This document shows positions 12,367-26,121 of a stretch of DNA of 64,000 bases, piece by piece (within the stretch, counting starts at the first letter, position 1; the number at the start of each line of letters is the position of its first letter). Under the pieces are notes generated by a model. The model searched no databases and was not told the DNA's origin. It saw only the letters and a program-made list of their open reading frames with translations. Source of the stretch: Lama glama (taxonomy: Eukaryota); NCBI GenBank assembly GCA_028534125.1, contig CM052816.1, forward strand, positions 84,942,001-85,006,000, read 5' to 3'. The translations under genes were made by a program, and so were the position numbers.

Positions 12367-12469
12367 GAATATATTATTCTATATACAATGTGCATTTCTG
12401 CACTCATAGAGGATTTTTCAGCCATGTTTTGTGGTTTTATGTCTACACATCAAAAACATATTTTATATT

Positions 12470-14355
12470 TTTTATTGCTTTATTACCCTGGCAAGTACCA
12501 CCAGAACAATGTTAAACAGAACTGACAAGAGCAGAAGTTCTTGCCTTCTTCCTTGTCTTATGAAGAAAACAGTTTTTCATAACTAAATATGATGCTATTT
12601 CTGCTTTTGTATTTAAAGTATGTTTCTTATAAGAAGGGTACAGTTATGTTTTGCTTCACTGCACAATCTAACAAGCTGTGACTTTTGACTGTGATGTTTA
12701 GACCATGTACATTTAAAGTGACTATTGATACTGTTTAGTTTATCATATTGCTATTTGTTTCATTATTGTTCTTTTTTTCTCCTTCTTAATTTTTGCCTTA
12801 TTTGAATTAATATTTCATATTATTTTGCAGTCCTTTTATTTCCTTATTCTTATGCTATCGTTATTTTTTGCTGGGTAAAGAATTTTAAATTGATAGTAGT
12901 TGTTTTCTCCAGCTATAATAGTAAAGATTTTGCACTGTCTTTATCTATTTTCCTTTTTGTAAATTAGTTTTTCCTTATGACGCATTTAAATTCAGTCACC
13001 AGTTTTAAGCAATTTGATTATTATGTGATTTTCTTTAATATGCTTCATATATTTTGTACTTTAAGTTATTAACCTTCTTGGATCTGTGTGTTCATGGCTT
13101 GTCTCAAACTTGGGAAATTTTCAACCACTGCTTCTTCAGTATTTTTTGCCCTACCTTCCTCTCTTTCAAATCATTTAATTTTAATTATATTAGGTCTCTT
13201 GAAAGTGTAACAGCTCACTGGTGCTGTTTATTTATTTATTTTTTAGCCTTATTTTTCCCCTCTTAGTCAGTTTAAATAGTTCCCATCCATCTTACTTTTC
13301 AAGTTTAATCATCTTTTTTTCCTGCAATATTTAACCTGCTTTAATTCCATCCAAGTATAATTTTTAACTGTAGTAGTAGACTGTATTTTCTTCTCTAGAA
13401 GTTCTGTGAAGGACACTATCTACATCTATATCTGTATCTATATACCTATATCTATTTATCTATCTATATTATTTCCTTATTCTTTCCTCTAAGTAAACAT
13501 ACAGAGTTATTTAAAATAACATCTTAAATATCATTTCCAGATAACTGTCAACTGCATCATTTCTGGGTTAGTTTCAATTGACAGATTTTTCTTTTCAGTC
13601 ACATTTCCTGTTTTCTGCATGCCTATGATTTGTGATTGGATGATAAATACTGCGTTTTTACTGTGTTTAGTGTGGGGCAGCTTTGCATTTTCATAAATAC
13701 TCTTGAGCTGTGTTTAGATGTGTGGCTAAGTTACTTGAAACAGCTTAATCCTTTTGACCCTTGCTTTAGCAGCCTTTTGTCTAGAACTAATTTTTCTCCA
13801 GAAGTCAGGTGTGATGTTTCTGAATAATCTACCAAAGCCCAATGAGTTATGGGTTTTTCTACTTTGGCTGGTGGGAACTAGAACTGTTTCAGATGCATGC
13901 CAGTTCAGTGTTGCTCCCTCAGGCCCTTACAGTTGGTTATATCTGTGGCTTCATTTTATCTGCTCCCATGCATGTTCTGATCAGTACTCAGCTGAAGAGT
14001 TGAGTAGAGTCCTCTTTAAATTGCTGTAGTTCTGTCTCTGTGAAGCTCTATCCTCTGAAGTTCTCTGCCCAGCAAATTTTAGCTACCTTGGTCTCCCTTG
14101 GACCTCAGCACCATTTCCTGAACTCAGGGGTTTGACAGACTCCATCTGGGCTCCCACTTCCTGCATTATACTCTACAAATCCTCTCAAGGAGCAGTCAGT
14201 TTTAGGAATCACATTGTTTCTTCCTCTTTTCTCAGAAATTACCCTCTCTGTCTCCTGATATCTAATGCTGCAAAAATAGTTTCATATATTTCATCTAGTT
14301 TTTAGTGGCTTTTTTTTTGGGGGGGGGATGATAAATCCAACCCCTTTTATTTTAT
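12470..14355 (-). mobile_element. Old L1M fragments (ORF2 pieces, ORF1 and 5' region)
   Basis: T-rich antisense L1 signatures: acaatgttaaacagaactgacaagagc, tttagaccatgtacatttaaagtgactattgata, tcttggatctgtg...tgggaaattttcaaccact. Confidence 0.65.
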
Positions 14356-17300
14356 ATTTGAAGAGGATATTCAAAATATCATTTCAAACATGTTTTTGAT
14401 TATATAATTGTAGCCATTTATTTTAGAGAAAATGGACTGCACAGGTAATTTTGTAGCAAATAAGACATGTATAATTCTCCCCTTAGTAGATACTCCAGTG
14501 CTATTTTATTCTACTTGCATCAAATATTTCAACTTTCAATTTATTAATTTCCTATTTTTTATTAAGTAGAGCTTATATAATACACATATAGGTTTATGTA
14601 TTTTATCAATTATGAATATTTGCTAATGTCATTAAACTTCTTAATAAACTTCCATTGTACAGATAACATACTAAAATGTAGGTAATGCATCACTGATGAG
14701 AATTACATTTTTTGGTGTGTGTATATATACCTCCTTCTCTATATCTGATAATTTCCTTAGGATGTAATTTTAAGAGAAAAAATTTTTAGTCAAAGACTAA
14801 CAGTAAAACTTGCAATCTTACTTTACGGTATATAAAAGTGGCTGGTACATTTTTAAGTTTATAGCTCTCCCAGAAATACTTGCTTTTTACAGGGTACTCA
14901 AGTCTTGAAAAAACAATGCGCAGCAGTTTTACTTATAAAATCTCAAGAATTATAACAAAGGGAGGAAAATATTTGGAGAACAAATGAATCACAAATTATA
15001 TTCCTAAAATTATACTGCCAAGTCTGCCAAAATACAAGGCAATGCTTGAAAATATAATACATAAGCTTATTTCTGTTAGTATAAAAGTGTATGTAAAAAA
15101 AACCTTTAGATTTTCAATTGTAATTGTGAAAAACCATCAATAATTCAACAAGGAGACAACATTGGACTATTTCATTCTTGTTTGCTCTGATAGCATTTAG
15201 GACGATGACTGATCCCCAGAACAGAAACAGGCTATGATAAGCATCATGGAGAAACATTTTCCAGGGAAAATTTGGGAAGTAATTTTCACCACACCCCCCC
15301 CCACCAAGTAAATCTGTTCATCACATTTTCTGACATACATCTGCCACTTGCAACATGAGATTATGGTTACAATTAGCAGCTGTTGTCAGCTCCGCTTCAC
15401 CTCATTAGTAATCATGGATTTCCCAAGTTATAGGGTTGATTATAGCTTTGCAGGTTCTGAAATAACATGCTGCCTCATTTCACACCTATTTTATGCTCAA
15501 CATATTTAAAGTTCAACAAATTTTAGAAGAAATCATTTTTACTGAAATCAAATAGAGAAGTAAGTACAAAACAAACTTGCTGGTGAGAAATTCAGTTTAA
15601 GCCACAATAAAATGTACATGATTCCACCATAAGCTGGAATAAGTAAGTGCCTTTGTATATATCAGTACTTTCTTAATACTTGCTTGATTTTATTACACAG
15701 AGTAAAATAATAGTAATTTTAAAATCATGTCACTAATAGTTGCAAAAAAAATAAAAAGACTCGAACTTTTAGTTCAAGCATTATATAGCCATATTCCCTT
15801 TTTAAAGGGGAATGACAATTTCATATTTCATAGCTAGAAAAGTATTTCTGGAAAGCAGTAGCTAGAAATAAATAAGTAGACTCATGGCCTAATTGTACTG
15901 ATTTAGTGGAAGATGTAGCTGGAATTCAGGAAAGAAAAAGGAAAAGGAATGCCATCTTTGACAAACTCCTGCATATTACTGATTCATCCTGGGGTCTGTA
16001 ATTTAATATACATATTTTCTCATATTAGGTGAAAATACAGGGATCCACAATGTGTTTGATTCTTAATAGTAGAGCATTAAAAACAAAACAAAACAGAAAA
16101 ACAACTAGACCCAGAGTTCACCTGCCAGTTTAGCTCTCTTGCGATCTTTTTACATTGTCATTTTTACTGATTGGATCCTGTCTCTGCAAAAGGTATTCAT
16201 AGAAAAAATTAGCTAATAATCTTTTGAAAAAATATATTGTTCAAAATTCAATGTAATGAGATCAATAAAATGTTGTTTTAATAAGCCATTTGCTGGTACA
16301 TGGAGATAGCTTTGTCCTGCATTAAGTGTTCATCAGCCTCTTTCTGGTCATTTGTTGCAATCTAGTGTATTTATTATTAATAGGTAAACCAGAACATCCT
16401 ATTCTGTGTTGAAAATAGAACATTGGTTGCTATATAAAAGAAAATTATTTCTGAGCTCTGAAAAACTGCAAGACATCATTTGCAGTAGAGCAAATTTCTG
16501 AATACAGATCCGGAAGTTTACAGTGTTACTGTTAAAGTGAACTATTAATAAATCATCAAAGCGATTCTCCTTCATTAATTCTTAACTTGAAAACAGTTCC
16601 TTTCAAAGTTGAACCTAAGAGTAGGGCAGCCAAAAACACCAACCTACTTTAATCCCACATAAGCTCCAAGTGAGTCAAAGCTAGATTTGCATAATGTTAC
16701 AATTGTTCACTATTCCTCAATCATAGAAACCCCCAAACTAATCTCTAGGGCAAGCAGCAATGAGCACAAAGCAATTTTTATTTTCCTCTTTGGTCTTTGA
16801 TGCAAATGGCAGGAAGAAATCCAAGATCTATTCTGTAATAAGCAGATAATGGTTAACTATTGACCTTTCAACAATGGAGATAAAGATATACAACTAAATA
16901 TTATTAATTGAGTTCCATTCAGCACATAGTTTCATTCTTTGTGTTCCTTTTAGGATTATGTGTACTCAAAATCAGAATCTGGTACAGATACTTTAGGAAA
17001 AAAATTTTAATGGTCCAGTGACTTTGTTAGCCCACATTAGGAATTAAACTGTAGGAAGATTGAAACCTAGAGATAGGAAACACTATATTTTGTTTCATTT
17101 TAGCATTATTTAGGCAATAGAAATTAAAAAGAGAAAATGTCATTATGATTTTCATCCTTGATTTTAGTACATTAATGGATTATTTTAAAGATAAGAACTA
17201 TCTCAGATCCTTGTCGACGATTTCTTAGTTAAAACCCAACATAACTTTTGCTTCTGGAAATAAATGTATATACACACCATTATGCATTTTAATATTTTTT

Positions 17301-18200
17301 TATATCCAAGTTTTTAAATTATCCTCTATTTACTTAGGATCTTGCACCCCAGAAAGATGGTTACTCTTGGACAGAGACTGTATGTCATATGAGTTTTTTA
17401 AAAATCCCCTCTTTTTTAGAACAAGCATGTAGAAAAAATTATAATCACAATTATTGCAAAAGTGGCAGAATACTGCCGTTTCCATGTAGCTTCACTGTCC
17501 ACTGCATAACATTTCCAAAGGACAACAAGAAGGTGACTGAGCTGGTTTCGTATTTATGGGAGAAAAGTACAGAAAGAAATCCGAGACCAACTATGCAAAA
17601 GTTTTAGCGATTCTACCTTTAAGATGAAACCCAATATATATATTTTCCACATGCCCAAAGACTCACTTTGAAGCAGTATTTATGAGTCAAAAACAATAAT
17701 TTCATAAAGTTTAGTAGAAAATAAATTAGGCAAGCACATCATATACTATATAAAATTGTTAAAATTATTTTTGAAATCTGAGTTTACTAATGGATCCCTT
17801 AAGTTAAGCATAGTTCTTTTAACAATAGACTGTTACATGTTCTTTATTAAAATGACCCACAAAAAAAAAATCACAGAATTTGGATAAATGTATTTTCATC
17901 CAATATTTTAAAAATTGCCAATGTTTCACAATGTTTAGAAACCTAGATATCTATTTCTTATTTTTGTCAAAATCAGTGCCTGATAGTGGCTATATCACAG
18001 ATTTATAACAGCAGTTAATTCCTTAGTTCACCAGATTAAAAAGAAGTTCATTTACTAAGTGTCTTTAATAGATACCCAGAAAAGTAAGGATGATACCAGA
18101 TGCTAATTAGTTGTTCTCTGTCATTATTGTTCCTTTAACTGTCCTTATTCTAACCAGCCTGTCCCATGCTATGCAAAGCCTTGTCTATGGACTTTACTAC

Positions 18201-18327
18201 TGGGATTCACCTAACAGTCTGTTAGAAATGCAGAATGACCATTCCCACACTAGACCTACTGAATCAGTATCTGTTTTTACCAAGAGTCCCATGTGATTCA
18301 TATAAACAGTAACGTTTGAGACACACT
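18201..18327. mobile_element. MER5-like hAT-Charlie DNA transposon remnant
   Basis: gttagaaatgcagaat...agacctactgaatcagtatctg...tttaccaagagtcccatgtgattc...gtttgagacacact. Confidence 0.75.
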
Positions 18328-18449
18328 AAGTGTCCCACGTGGCTCAATTAAACACTCCGCAGCAGAAACCTTAAACATGCAAGAACGGTAGCTAGTACAG
18401 CCTATCATGGCCTGATGCAACTAAAGGATTTTCATACAAGCTAGAATTT

Positions 18450-18660
18450 TACTTTTCTGCTTCTTCTTCCACTTTTAAGAGTTCTTATGATTAGTTTAGG
18501 CCCACGTACATAATCAAGATTAATCTCAAATCTCAGTATCTTTAGCTTTAATCATACCTGCAAAGTTACTTTTACCACATGAAGTAACATATTCACAGGT
18601 TCCAGGGATTAGGAAATGGACGTTCTTTGGAGGGGGATGGGCAATATTTTGCCAACTACT
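18450..18660 (-). mobile_element. MLT1 (MaLR) LTR fragment
   Basis: ttaatcatacctgcaaagttac...gtaacatattcacaggttccagggattagga...tctttgggaggg. Confidence 0.75.
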
Positions 18661-19216
18661 GAATGGTACAAAGTTTATGGTGACATCTTTCACATTCAGC
18701 CTTGATGAGAAAGAGTCACGTAATTCTGTAGACCTTTGTCACTTCAGTTTTTATCTGAAATAGGTTGAAGGGAGAGATTGGAGGAAGACCTCTGATTCAG
18801 CTGAGATGATCCTTGAAGAGAACCATTCAAGAGCCATGTATTTTACAACAGCTTCTGCATATTCATTTATAATCATAAGGACTCTATGGATACATGCTTT
18901 TATGTGTTTTTTCAACTTAATTTCCATTTAAGCCAATGCAAATGATAAAGTGACAATTAAAAACTCACTTAAAATCTCCCACAAGGATTTACAAGTATAA
19001 ATAATAACTCCAAACCACATATAATCATAGAATAGTAATAATGAAAATGGTCAAATTTATCAAATTGTCTAAATGAGAATTACATTATATCAGAAAATGC
19101 AGTATTTTACTTGTCACATTTATCAGACCATTGTGTGAACTACCTATAACTTTAAGATATGGCAGATGAACTATAATCTTAAAACAAGGCTTAGACTTAT
19201 GAGTCTTTTCTGCTAG

Positions 19217-19353
19217 ATACTCTGTTGATCGGCATACTGATATGGACCGGATTTTCAGTATTTACTCAGAAAATGGCTCTATTTTCACTTTGAAGCCTCT
19301 CGACCGGGAATCAACTCCTTGGCACAACATCACTATTACAGCCACAGAAATAA
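19217..19353 (+). CDS. CDH9: Cadherin-9 coding exon (exon 8), EC4
   Basis: tgctag|ATACTCT...GAAATAA|gtaagt. 137 nt. [45 protein letters not shown], with the LDRE motif. Confidence 0.97.
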
Positions 19354-19826
19354 GTAAGTTGGAAATACATCTATCTGAACACATTATTTTTCTCCAAAGT
19401 AGTAAAATAATAGCATTAAGTAGGCTTGTTTTCTTGACTGGAATGATTTTACTAATAGCAAGGTCTGAGAGAAATGATTTAGAGTGTGTTGGATTTTTCA
19501 ATTATTTTAATGATTATCAAATATTCATTTATTTTAAACTTGATTTTCTTTTATACCTTACTGTAGGATAAAAATATAATTTAACCTCATCCAAATAGGC
19601 AGTCTAAGAAAATTATCTCTTATAGATAATATTCATTCTCAATTATATTCTCCTCTTTTTATCATGCTTTTCATCTGAACCACATAAGAAGCTGAGATAT
19701 CCATCAGCAACCCAATCAAGACGTGCATACCACAGAAATGATCTGTTGCTAAGTTACAAATGGGGCAAATAGTATCACCACTACTCTGTAAATGAGACTG
19801 AAATCTCCCACATGTTCTTTCTGCAG

Positions 19827-19948
19827 ATAACTCGAAGCAAAGTAGCCGCATTCCTGTCTTCATCAGAATTCTAGATATAAATGACCATGCTCCGGAATTT
19901 GCCATGTACTATGAAACATTTGTTTGTGAAAATGCAAAACCTGGGCAG
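19827..19948 (+). CDS. CDH9: Cadherin-9 coding exon (exon 9), EC4/EC5 linker
   Basis: ttctgcag|ATAAC...GGGCAG|gtaagt. 122 nt. [40 protein letters not shown]. Confidence 0.97.
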
Positions 19949-20733
19949 GTAAGTTATTATAAACTTAAAAAAAGGTTTCTCTTCACAAAGGCAGATGACA
20001 TTGCATTAATTTACTTGCACAATTTTTTTTTCATGCAAACTATTCTCAGTCCTCCTTGTCACTTGTTTATGTCCTCTGACCAAAAAGCTCACAATGATCT
20101 TAAAAAGACGACTTTTTAACTTGGTTTTTATATCATTAATATAATAGGAAAATTATAATATATGCTTTACTTCACATACCAGTTACATAATTAACCTCAT
20201 CTATATTAAAAACTTCCTACCTGGATTAATAATTATACTGATACTGAGTTATGATCATGAATAGAATGAAAATACATTATTAAATAAAACATGAAGTATG
20301 AAAATAAGTGTTTAGTGTTAATATAAAGGAAATCATAATAATTGTTTCATTGATTATATTTTCCCACTTTCAGTTATTCAATCAAGATACTTCGGTTTGA
20401 TACAGGTTGTATTTTGCTTGTGATTTTTCAACATTAGTATTAGTGAGATAAAAAAAGATTGTACAAGAGTTACAAAGTCCTCTTATAAAGCAATATTTCA
20501 GATATATCTAAAGTAATTTTAAGAAAATGCAGAGTATGTTCATGTGTACATTAATAGAGTATTTAACAAATGGCAGTAACTATACAAATCTTACTGAAAG
20601 AAATTTTAACCAGTTATTTAGATGTTTCTTTAAGGAAAAAGTAGTCAGCTGCTAAGAATCATATATAATTCTATCATCTTTTTAATACAGAAAATGAAGT
20701 GAAATACAGTCTTCCATCTATTCTAGTAGACAT

Positions 20734-21104
20734 TATAATGGAGCGAATATTCCTGTCCCTCCAAAATTAATACGTTGAAGCCCTGTTCCCCAATACGACT
20801 GTATCTGGAGATAGGGTCTCAAAGGAAGCAGTTAAGGTTAAATGAAGGCACAATGTGGGGCTCTGATCTGACAGGATAAGTGTCCCTTAAAGAAGAGACA
20901 CCAGAGAGATCACTATGTCTTTACACACACTCAAAGCAGAAGGCAGCTGTCTGGAAGCCAGGGAGAGACCTCGCATCAGAAGCCCACCGTGCCGATACCC
21001 TGATCAGAACTTCCAATCTCCAGAACTGGGAGGAAATACATTTCTGCTATTTAAGCTATTCAGTTTGTGATATTTTGTTTCGGTAGCTCAAGCAGGCTAA
21101 GACA
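20734..21104 (+). mobile_element. MLT1A-like MaLR solo LTR
   Basis: Full-length pattern from tataatggagcgaat...ccaaaattaatacgttgaagccct to ccagaactgggaggaaatacatttctgctatttaagc...ctaagaca. Probable 5-bp TSD gacat/gagat. Confidence 0.85.
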
Positions 21105-21699
21105 GAGATGGCATATCACATTCCACTGACAGACACAGAAATATAAATGAAGTTTTTATTTTCTTTTCGCCAGCACAGAATCACTACGCAGTTATTTGGA
21201 TTAAAAATTGTTTTCCTTTTTTCACTTTGTAACATGTAATGGGAATACGCTCAGTTCAGTGAATGATTATCTTTAACTTGATGCTTACTTTTCATAGCAA
21301 AGCTACACATTAGTTACCTTATTCAACTACACATTTATTAATGGAAATTTGTTTTACCAACAAAACGTTACTCTAGCAGACAGCCCTACAGTGAGCATTA
21401 TAATACACTTATAGTCATATATGACCTGGTACCTTTTTTCTTTGATATACTCCTCAAAGTAGAAATAAATTTTATCCATAAATATTCATCAGTGCTTCTA
21501 AATTGCTCTCCAGATACGTTCTGTATCTAGTAATAACTTCCACCAATTGTAGATAATTGCTCACCTATTAGGCAACACTAGGTTTTAAATATCTACCGAT
21601 ACTCAATATGTCGTGATAATATTAACATGAATTCCTCCAAAATTATTGGCGCTGAACATTTTTTCATAATTGTGGCCATTTTTAAAAAGTCTTCACAGC

Positions 21700-21985
21700 C
21701 ATATTAGTTTTCTAAGGCTACCATGACAAATTACCACAAACTAGCTAGCTTAAAGCAACAGAAATATATTCTTCCCCACAGTTCCAGAGGTGAGAAGTCC
21801 AGAATCAATGTGTCAGCAGGTCCATGGCCTTTCAGAAGACTCTAGGGGAGGATCCTTCACTGCCACTTCCTAGCCTCTGTGGTTGTTGGCAATTCTTGGC
21901 ATTCCTCGGTTTGTGGACCTAGATTACTCCAATCTCTGTTTCCATTGTTATATGACATTCTTTCTGTATCTCTCTTTGTGTCATA
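21700..21985 (-). mobile_element. MLT1C-like MaLR LTR (partial)
   Basis: tattagttttctaaggctaccatgacaaattaccacaaact...cttaaagcaacagaaat...ctctagggggaggatccttc. Confidence 0.8.
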
Positions 21986-23288
21986 TAATGAAAGGATCTA
22001 TGTTGTTTATGTTTAAAATATTAGCTATGTTATTGCTATTCTAGAATAGAAGTTTGAGCAAGAATATTAGATCTTATGTGAATTTTTCAATGTCATGCTC
22101 CAATCTTCTGAGAAGAAAAAGTGTATCAAGTTTGTATTAATTATGCACTTTCAGAAACACTGTATAAAGAAACATAAAGTTACATGTCATTTTATCAGTA
22201 AAATGAATGAAATTATATAGTTAATATCAAGTTAAAGAGGAAAATGTATTGACTAGCGAGTATGCAGACTGGGATGGCCATAGAAGGTGCACAACAACCA
22301 AAGCAATGGATGCATTAAACTACAATGAAATTCCAGTAATTCTTCATCACAGAATGTGGAGTATTATACCTCAAAAAAGTGGTGCAACTATTTGTTTTTG
22401 TAGAAGAGAAATTTGAAAGTCATGATAATTAAATGACTGTGATTACAAATTACACAGATGGCAGACCCAGGACTAGAAAACAGGCACCCTGATGTGTAGC
22501 TTTGTGTTCTATCCATGACAAAATGTTCAATGGAATTTTTCTGCCCAACCTGTCATTTCTGCTCCATCTTCACACTATGGCACAACCCTGACCTACAGTG
22601 AGCACAGCTGAGAGGTGCTATAATTTCTCAAGTTCAAGAATGATTTTACAAAATGTTAGAAGAATTTATTTTTACATTCTTCTAAATTTTGTGAATACTA
22701 CTAAAAAGAAAAGCAATTTGAATAAAGTATGCAATGTGATTATAATTATGGTGCCCCATAGCTTTAAAATCTTCTGCTTTCTGATATTATGCAGAATATT
22801 GCTTATTTTTCCAAAACTCTATTTATAGTTTCCTTTATCTCTAGAAGTGGTTGTGCTAAGCATTTTTTTTTAATGCATCTGTTATGTTCTCTGCCTTTGA
22901 AGCAATCATTATCTAGTGGAGGCATTAGATTGGTAACCAAATAACAAAGCAGACTGGTAATACATATTAACAATGTTAAAAGAAGATAGACATTGGAATG
23001 ATCAATTTTTTCCGTAAGGCTGGATGCTATAGTGGCCAGGACTCAGACAATGATTCATACAGGTCCTCTGCAAACTGACACTAGATAGGTGTTTTTCATT
23101 CCTCATTAAATAAGTTACATTAGACAGAACTATAAAAAGCCTTGGAAAAATTTTCTGAAAGTGGCATATTTTTTGTTTATTTCATTTCAGTGATATACTT
23201 AAAGCACAAACGCTGATTTAAAATGTCTTGTAATAGCAAGAGTTGCTTTCTGTTGTGCTTAATTTAATTAATTTTCATTTGGTTTTAG

Positions 23289-23406
23289 TTGATTCAGACT
23301 GTCAGTGTCATGGACAAAGATGACCCTCCCCGAGGCCACAAATTCTTCTTTGAACCAGTGCCTGAATTTCCCCTCAATCCAAACTTCACCATTGTAGATA
23401 ATAAAG
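23289..23406 (+). CDS. CDH9: Cadherin-9 coding exon (exon 10), EC5
   Basis: ttttag|TTGATT...AATAAAG|gtatgg. 118 nt. [39 protein letters not shown]. Confidence 0.96.
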
Positions 23407-23506
23407 GTATGGAACATTTTTAAAGCCAAATTTTAAGAAATCCCAAGAGGCAAAATTTAAGAACTAGTCTGATTTTTTGTTTTTTCCCCACCTTTTTATT
23501 TCCCAG

Positions 23507-23758
23507 ATAATACAGCGGGCATCATGACTCGAAAAGATGGGTACAGCCGCAACAAGATGAGCACCTACCTACTGCCCATTTTGATCTTTGACAACGACTA
23601 TCCAATTCAAAGCAGCACTGGCACACTCACCATTCGTGTGTGCGCCTGTGACAGTCAAGGCAACATGCAGTCCTGCAACGCCGAAGCCTTGGTCCTCTCT
23701 GCCGGCCTGAGCACGGGGGCCCTCATCGCCATCCTCCTCTGTGTCATCATACTGCTTG
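23507..23758 (+). CDS. CDH9: Cadherin-9 coding exon (exon 11), EC5 end and most of the transmembrane helix
   Basis: tcccag|ATAATA...CTGCTTG|gtaagc, after a 100-nt intron. 252 nt. [83 protein letters not shown]. Confidence 0.97.
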
Positions 23759-24069
23759 GTAAGCTGTGTCCCTGAATGGTATGCACCCCCAAGCTATGCT
23801 CATTCAACTCATGGAATTCTCCCCCTCACGACCCAGTACTGAAGAGCACTCTTCTTTATAGATAAAGATTGAAACTTTCAACTTTGTATTAAAATAGTTC
23901 TTTCAATTAAAAAATAAAATTGAGTTTCTGACTGCATGGGGATAGGTCTAGCTCTCAAGAGACCAAAAACCAAGATATAATAGCTAATGTTATATATGTA
24001 TATTTTACAATATATTTTATATTTATAGTGTTTTGTGTTAACACGGTCACATTTCAATGGACATTTCAT

Positions 24070-24235
24070 CTAATAATTGATTGAATTTTCATAGCAACCG
24101 TATAAGGTAAATACTTTTATTCTTCTACAGAAAGGTCAAATAACTTACACAAAGTCACTCATTTAGAGGGCATTTAAACTAGCATTCAAACCCAGACTGT
24201 TCTATTTTAGAATTCTCCTTTATAACCATTATCCT
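24070..24235 (-). mobile_element. MIR fragment
   Basis: aggtcaaataacttacacaaagtcac...attcaaacccagactgt. Confidence 0.5.
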
Positions 24236-25555
24236 TAATACGAAAGACTACTTTACACATAATATTCCTAACAAATACCAAGCTATGTATATCAGACACA
24301 GAATTGGCCAATGCACTTAAGTTGTCACAGTAAGGTAATTTTTTTTCCATAAAATGTGTTAAGTGTAGGTCCAGTATACCAAATTAAAAGTTTAAATTCA
24401 TTTAAAAAATTATCACTATGGCATTGTGGTCATACCTAGTCCAGCAATGTTTCTAAATGGAGTCATGCTTCCAATTGCAAATGTTTTATTTGAGCATGCC
24501 CTAACAGGACAATGATTTAATTCAATTAAACAGTTGTTCCACTGTAAAACATTCCCCCAAAACTTGTTTCCATCAAATATGCAGCCAAAATGAATGCTTA
24601 GGGCAGGAGAGCTGGCCAAATTTATGTTCCAATGCTCATATGTTTTGGCTCCTTTTCATTGCAAATCCTTTCAAGCTATCTGGATGAAATCCCTTTGGCC
24701 AGATATTCTTGCAGGACTTCAGTGGGGAACTCATGAAAGTGAGGGGAAAACATTTGTTTCATTTAAGATGATCCAACTATTTAAAAGAACATTTTTTCAG
24801 GGTGGTTTAGAACATAGACACTACTACCATAACCATCAGCAGTCTGCATCTCCACCTGCTGCTAGAAAGTTCAACTCCTCTGTAAAATATTTTTGTATCC
24901 CCAGGGAGATTAAATTCTGGCTTATCCTTTTAGCTAAGTGTTACTGATACCATATTGCTTTATTTGCTCAAATAGTTCTACTTTTCTAATTTAAAACAAC
25001 ATAGAACTATGCATATTTCAAAATTAATTTTTAAATTTTAATATTAATATAATAACACGCACATAAAGACATGCATGCATACATGGAGGAACAAAATCCA
25101 CCCCCCCCGAAATAAGTTTAGATAGTATAACATTATCCAACTAAATTGTATTATATTTTTCTTTATGCTGAAATCCTTAGAAGGCTTCTTTTATTCTGAA
25201 AAGTCTGCCATCTTTCTGCCCTGAGTAATACAGAAGGCATACATTTCTTTTATTGTATCTTCCCAATTTATTTGCCTAAATGTGGAATGATTTTCTATTA
25301 TTTTAGTTAAAATGGGTTCTAACCCATAAAGTTTCATCATAAAAGCTCCTTAAACATCCTTGCTGCTATTCAAGTCTTTATACTAATGGCTGGACACAGT
25401 TACTATATTTCTGTAGTTAGGAGAGTCTGCTCTTTGCAAGGTGGTAATATAGCTTGGAAAACAGTATTTTAGATCTACCCTGTTACAGTTTGAAAAAATG
25501 TGGTTCTTAGTTCATATCCATGTTACAAGGCAAAGTAGAGGATGAAAACCTAGGG

Positions 25556-25989
25556 CAGGGCTTTTTAATCTTTTTGGTTCCTTGGACAACTTTGGCAATC
25601 AGATACAGCTTATGGACCTATTTAGAATAATAATTTAAATTTATAAAAATAAGACATGTAACACAAAAGGAAGTATGTTTGTCCAAATTAAACAAAAAAC
25701 AAAAAGCGAGACGAGCTTGATTACTGTTATATGTGCCTTGTTCTAGTGCAAGTCTAATGATCCCTCGAGATGTCCTAACCATAATGCAATATAAAGTACC
25801 TGTAATTTCTGTTGGCTTAATAGTCACACATACTGGTACTATCACTACAGTTTATCCTGATATTCATTACAGAAAAAAAATGCTAAAAAAATCATATTAC
25901 AGATTAGTGAAAACAGTGATGCACTTTTTTCGTTTTCTTATTTTAGGCTCTCTAAATACTATTCACATATCCCAGATTAAAAACCTCAG
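25556..25989. mobile_element. hAT-Charlie non-autonomous DNA transposon (Charlie4-like)
   Basis: Terminal inverted repeats cagggctttttaatct (25556) and agattaaaaacctcag (ends 25989). Internal tggacaactttggcaatc...ttatggacct...agaataat. Confidence 0.6.
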
Positions 25990-26121
25990 TTGAGGGAAAA
26001 GAAGCAGATAATTTGACCTGGCAAAGAAGAAAACACTGAGGCCAGGTCCTAGGGACCATTTGTGAAAGTCTGTAAACCTTTTATTACTTAAGAAACCTTT
26101 AAAACAATTTGACTTTATGGT

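Noticed and set aside
23407..23506. Retention of the 100-nt intron giving a secreted form
   Set aside because: The acceptor is strong, and retention creates a stop (G-M-E-H-F-stop) upstream of a downstream junction, so it is a likely NMD target. No positive evidence.
23507..23758. Higher GC/CpG content of the transmembrane exon
   Set aside because: Explained by Ala/Gly/Leu-rich coding content and codon usage. There is no flanking CpG island.
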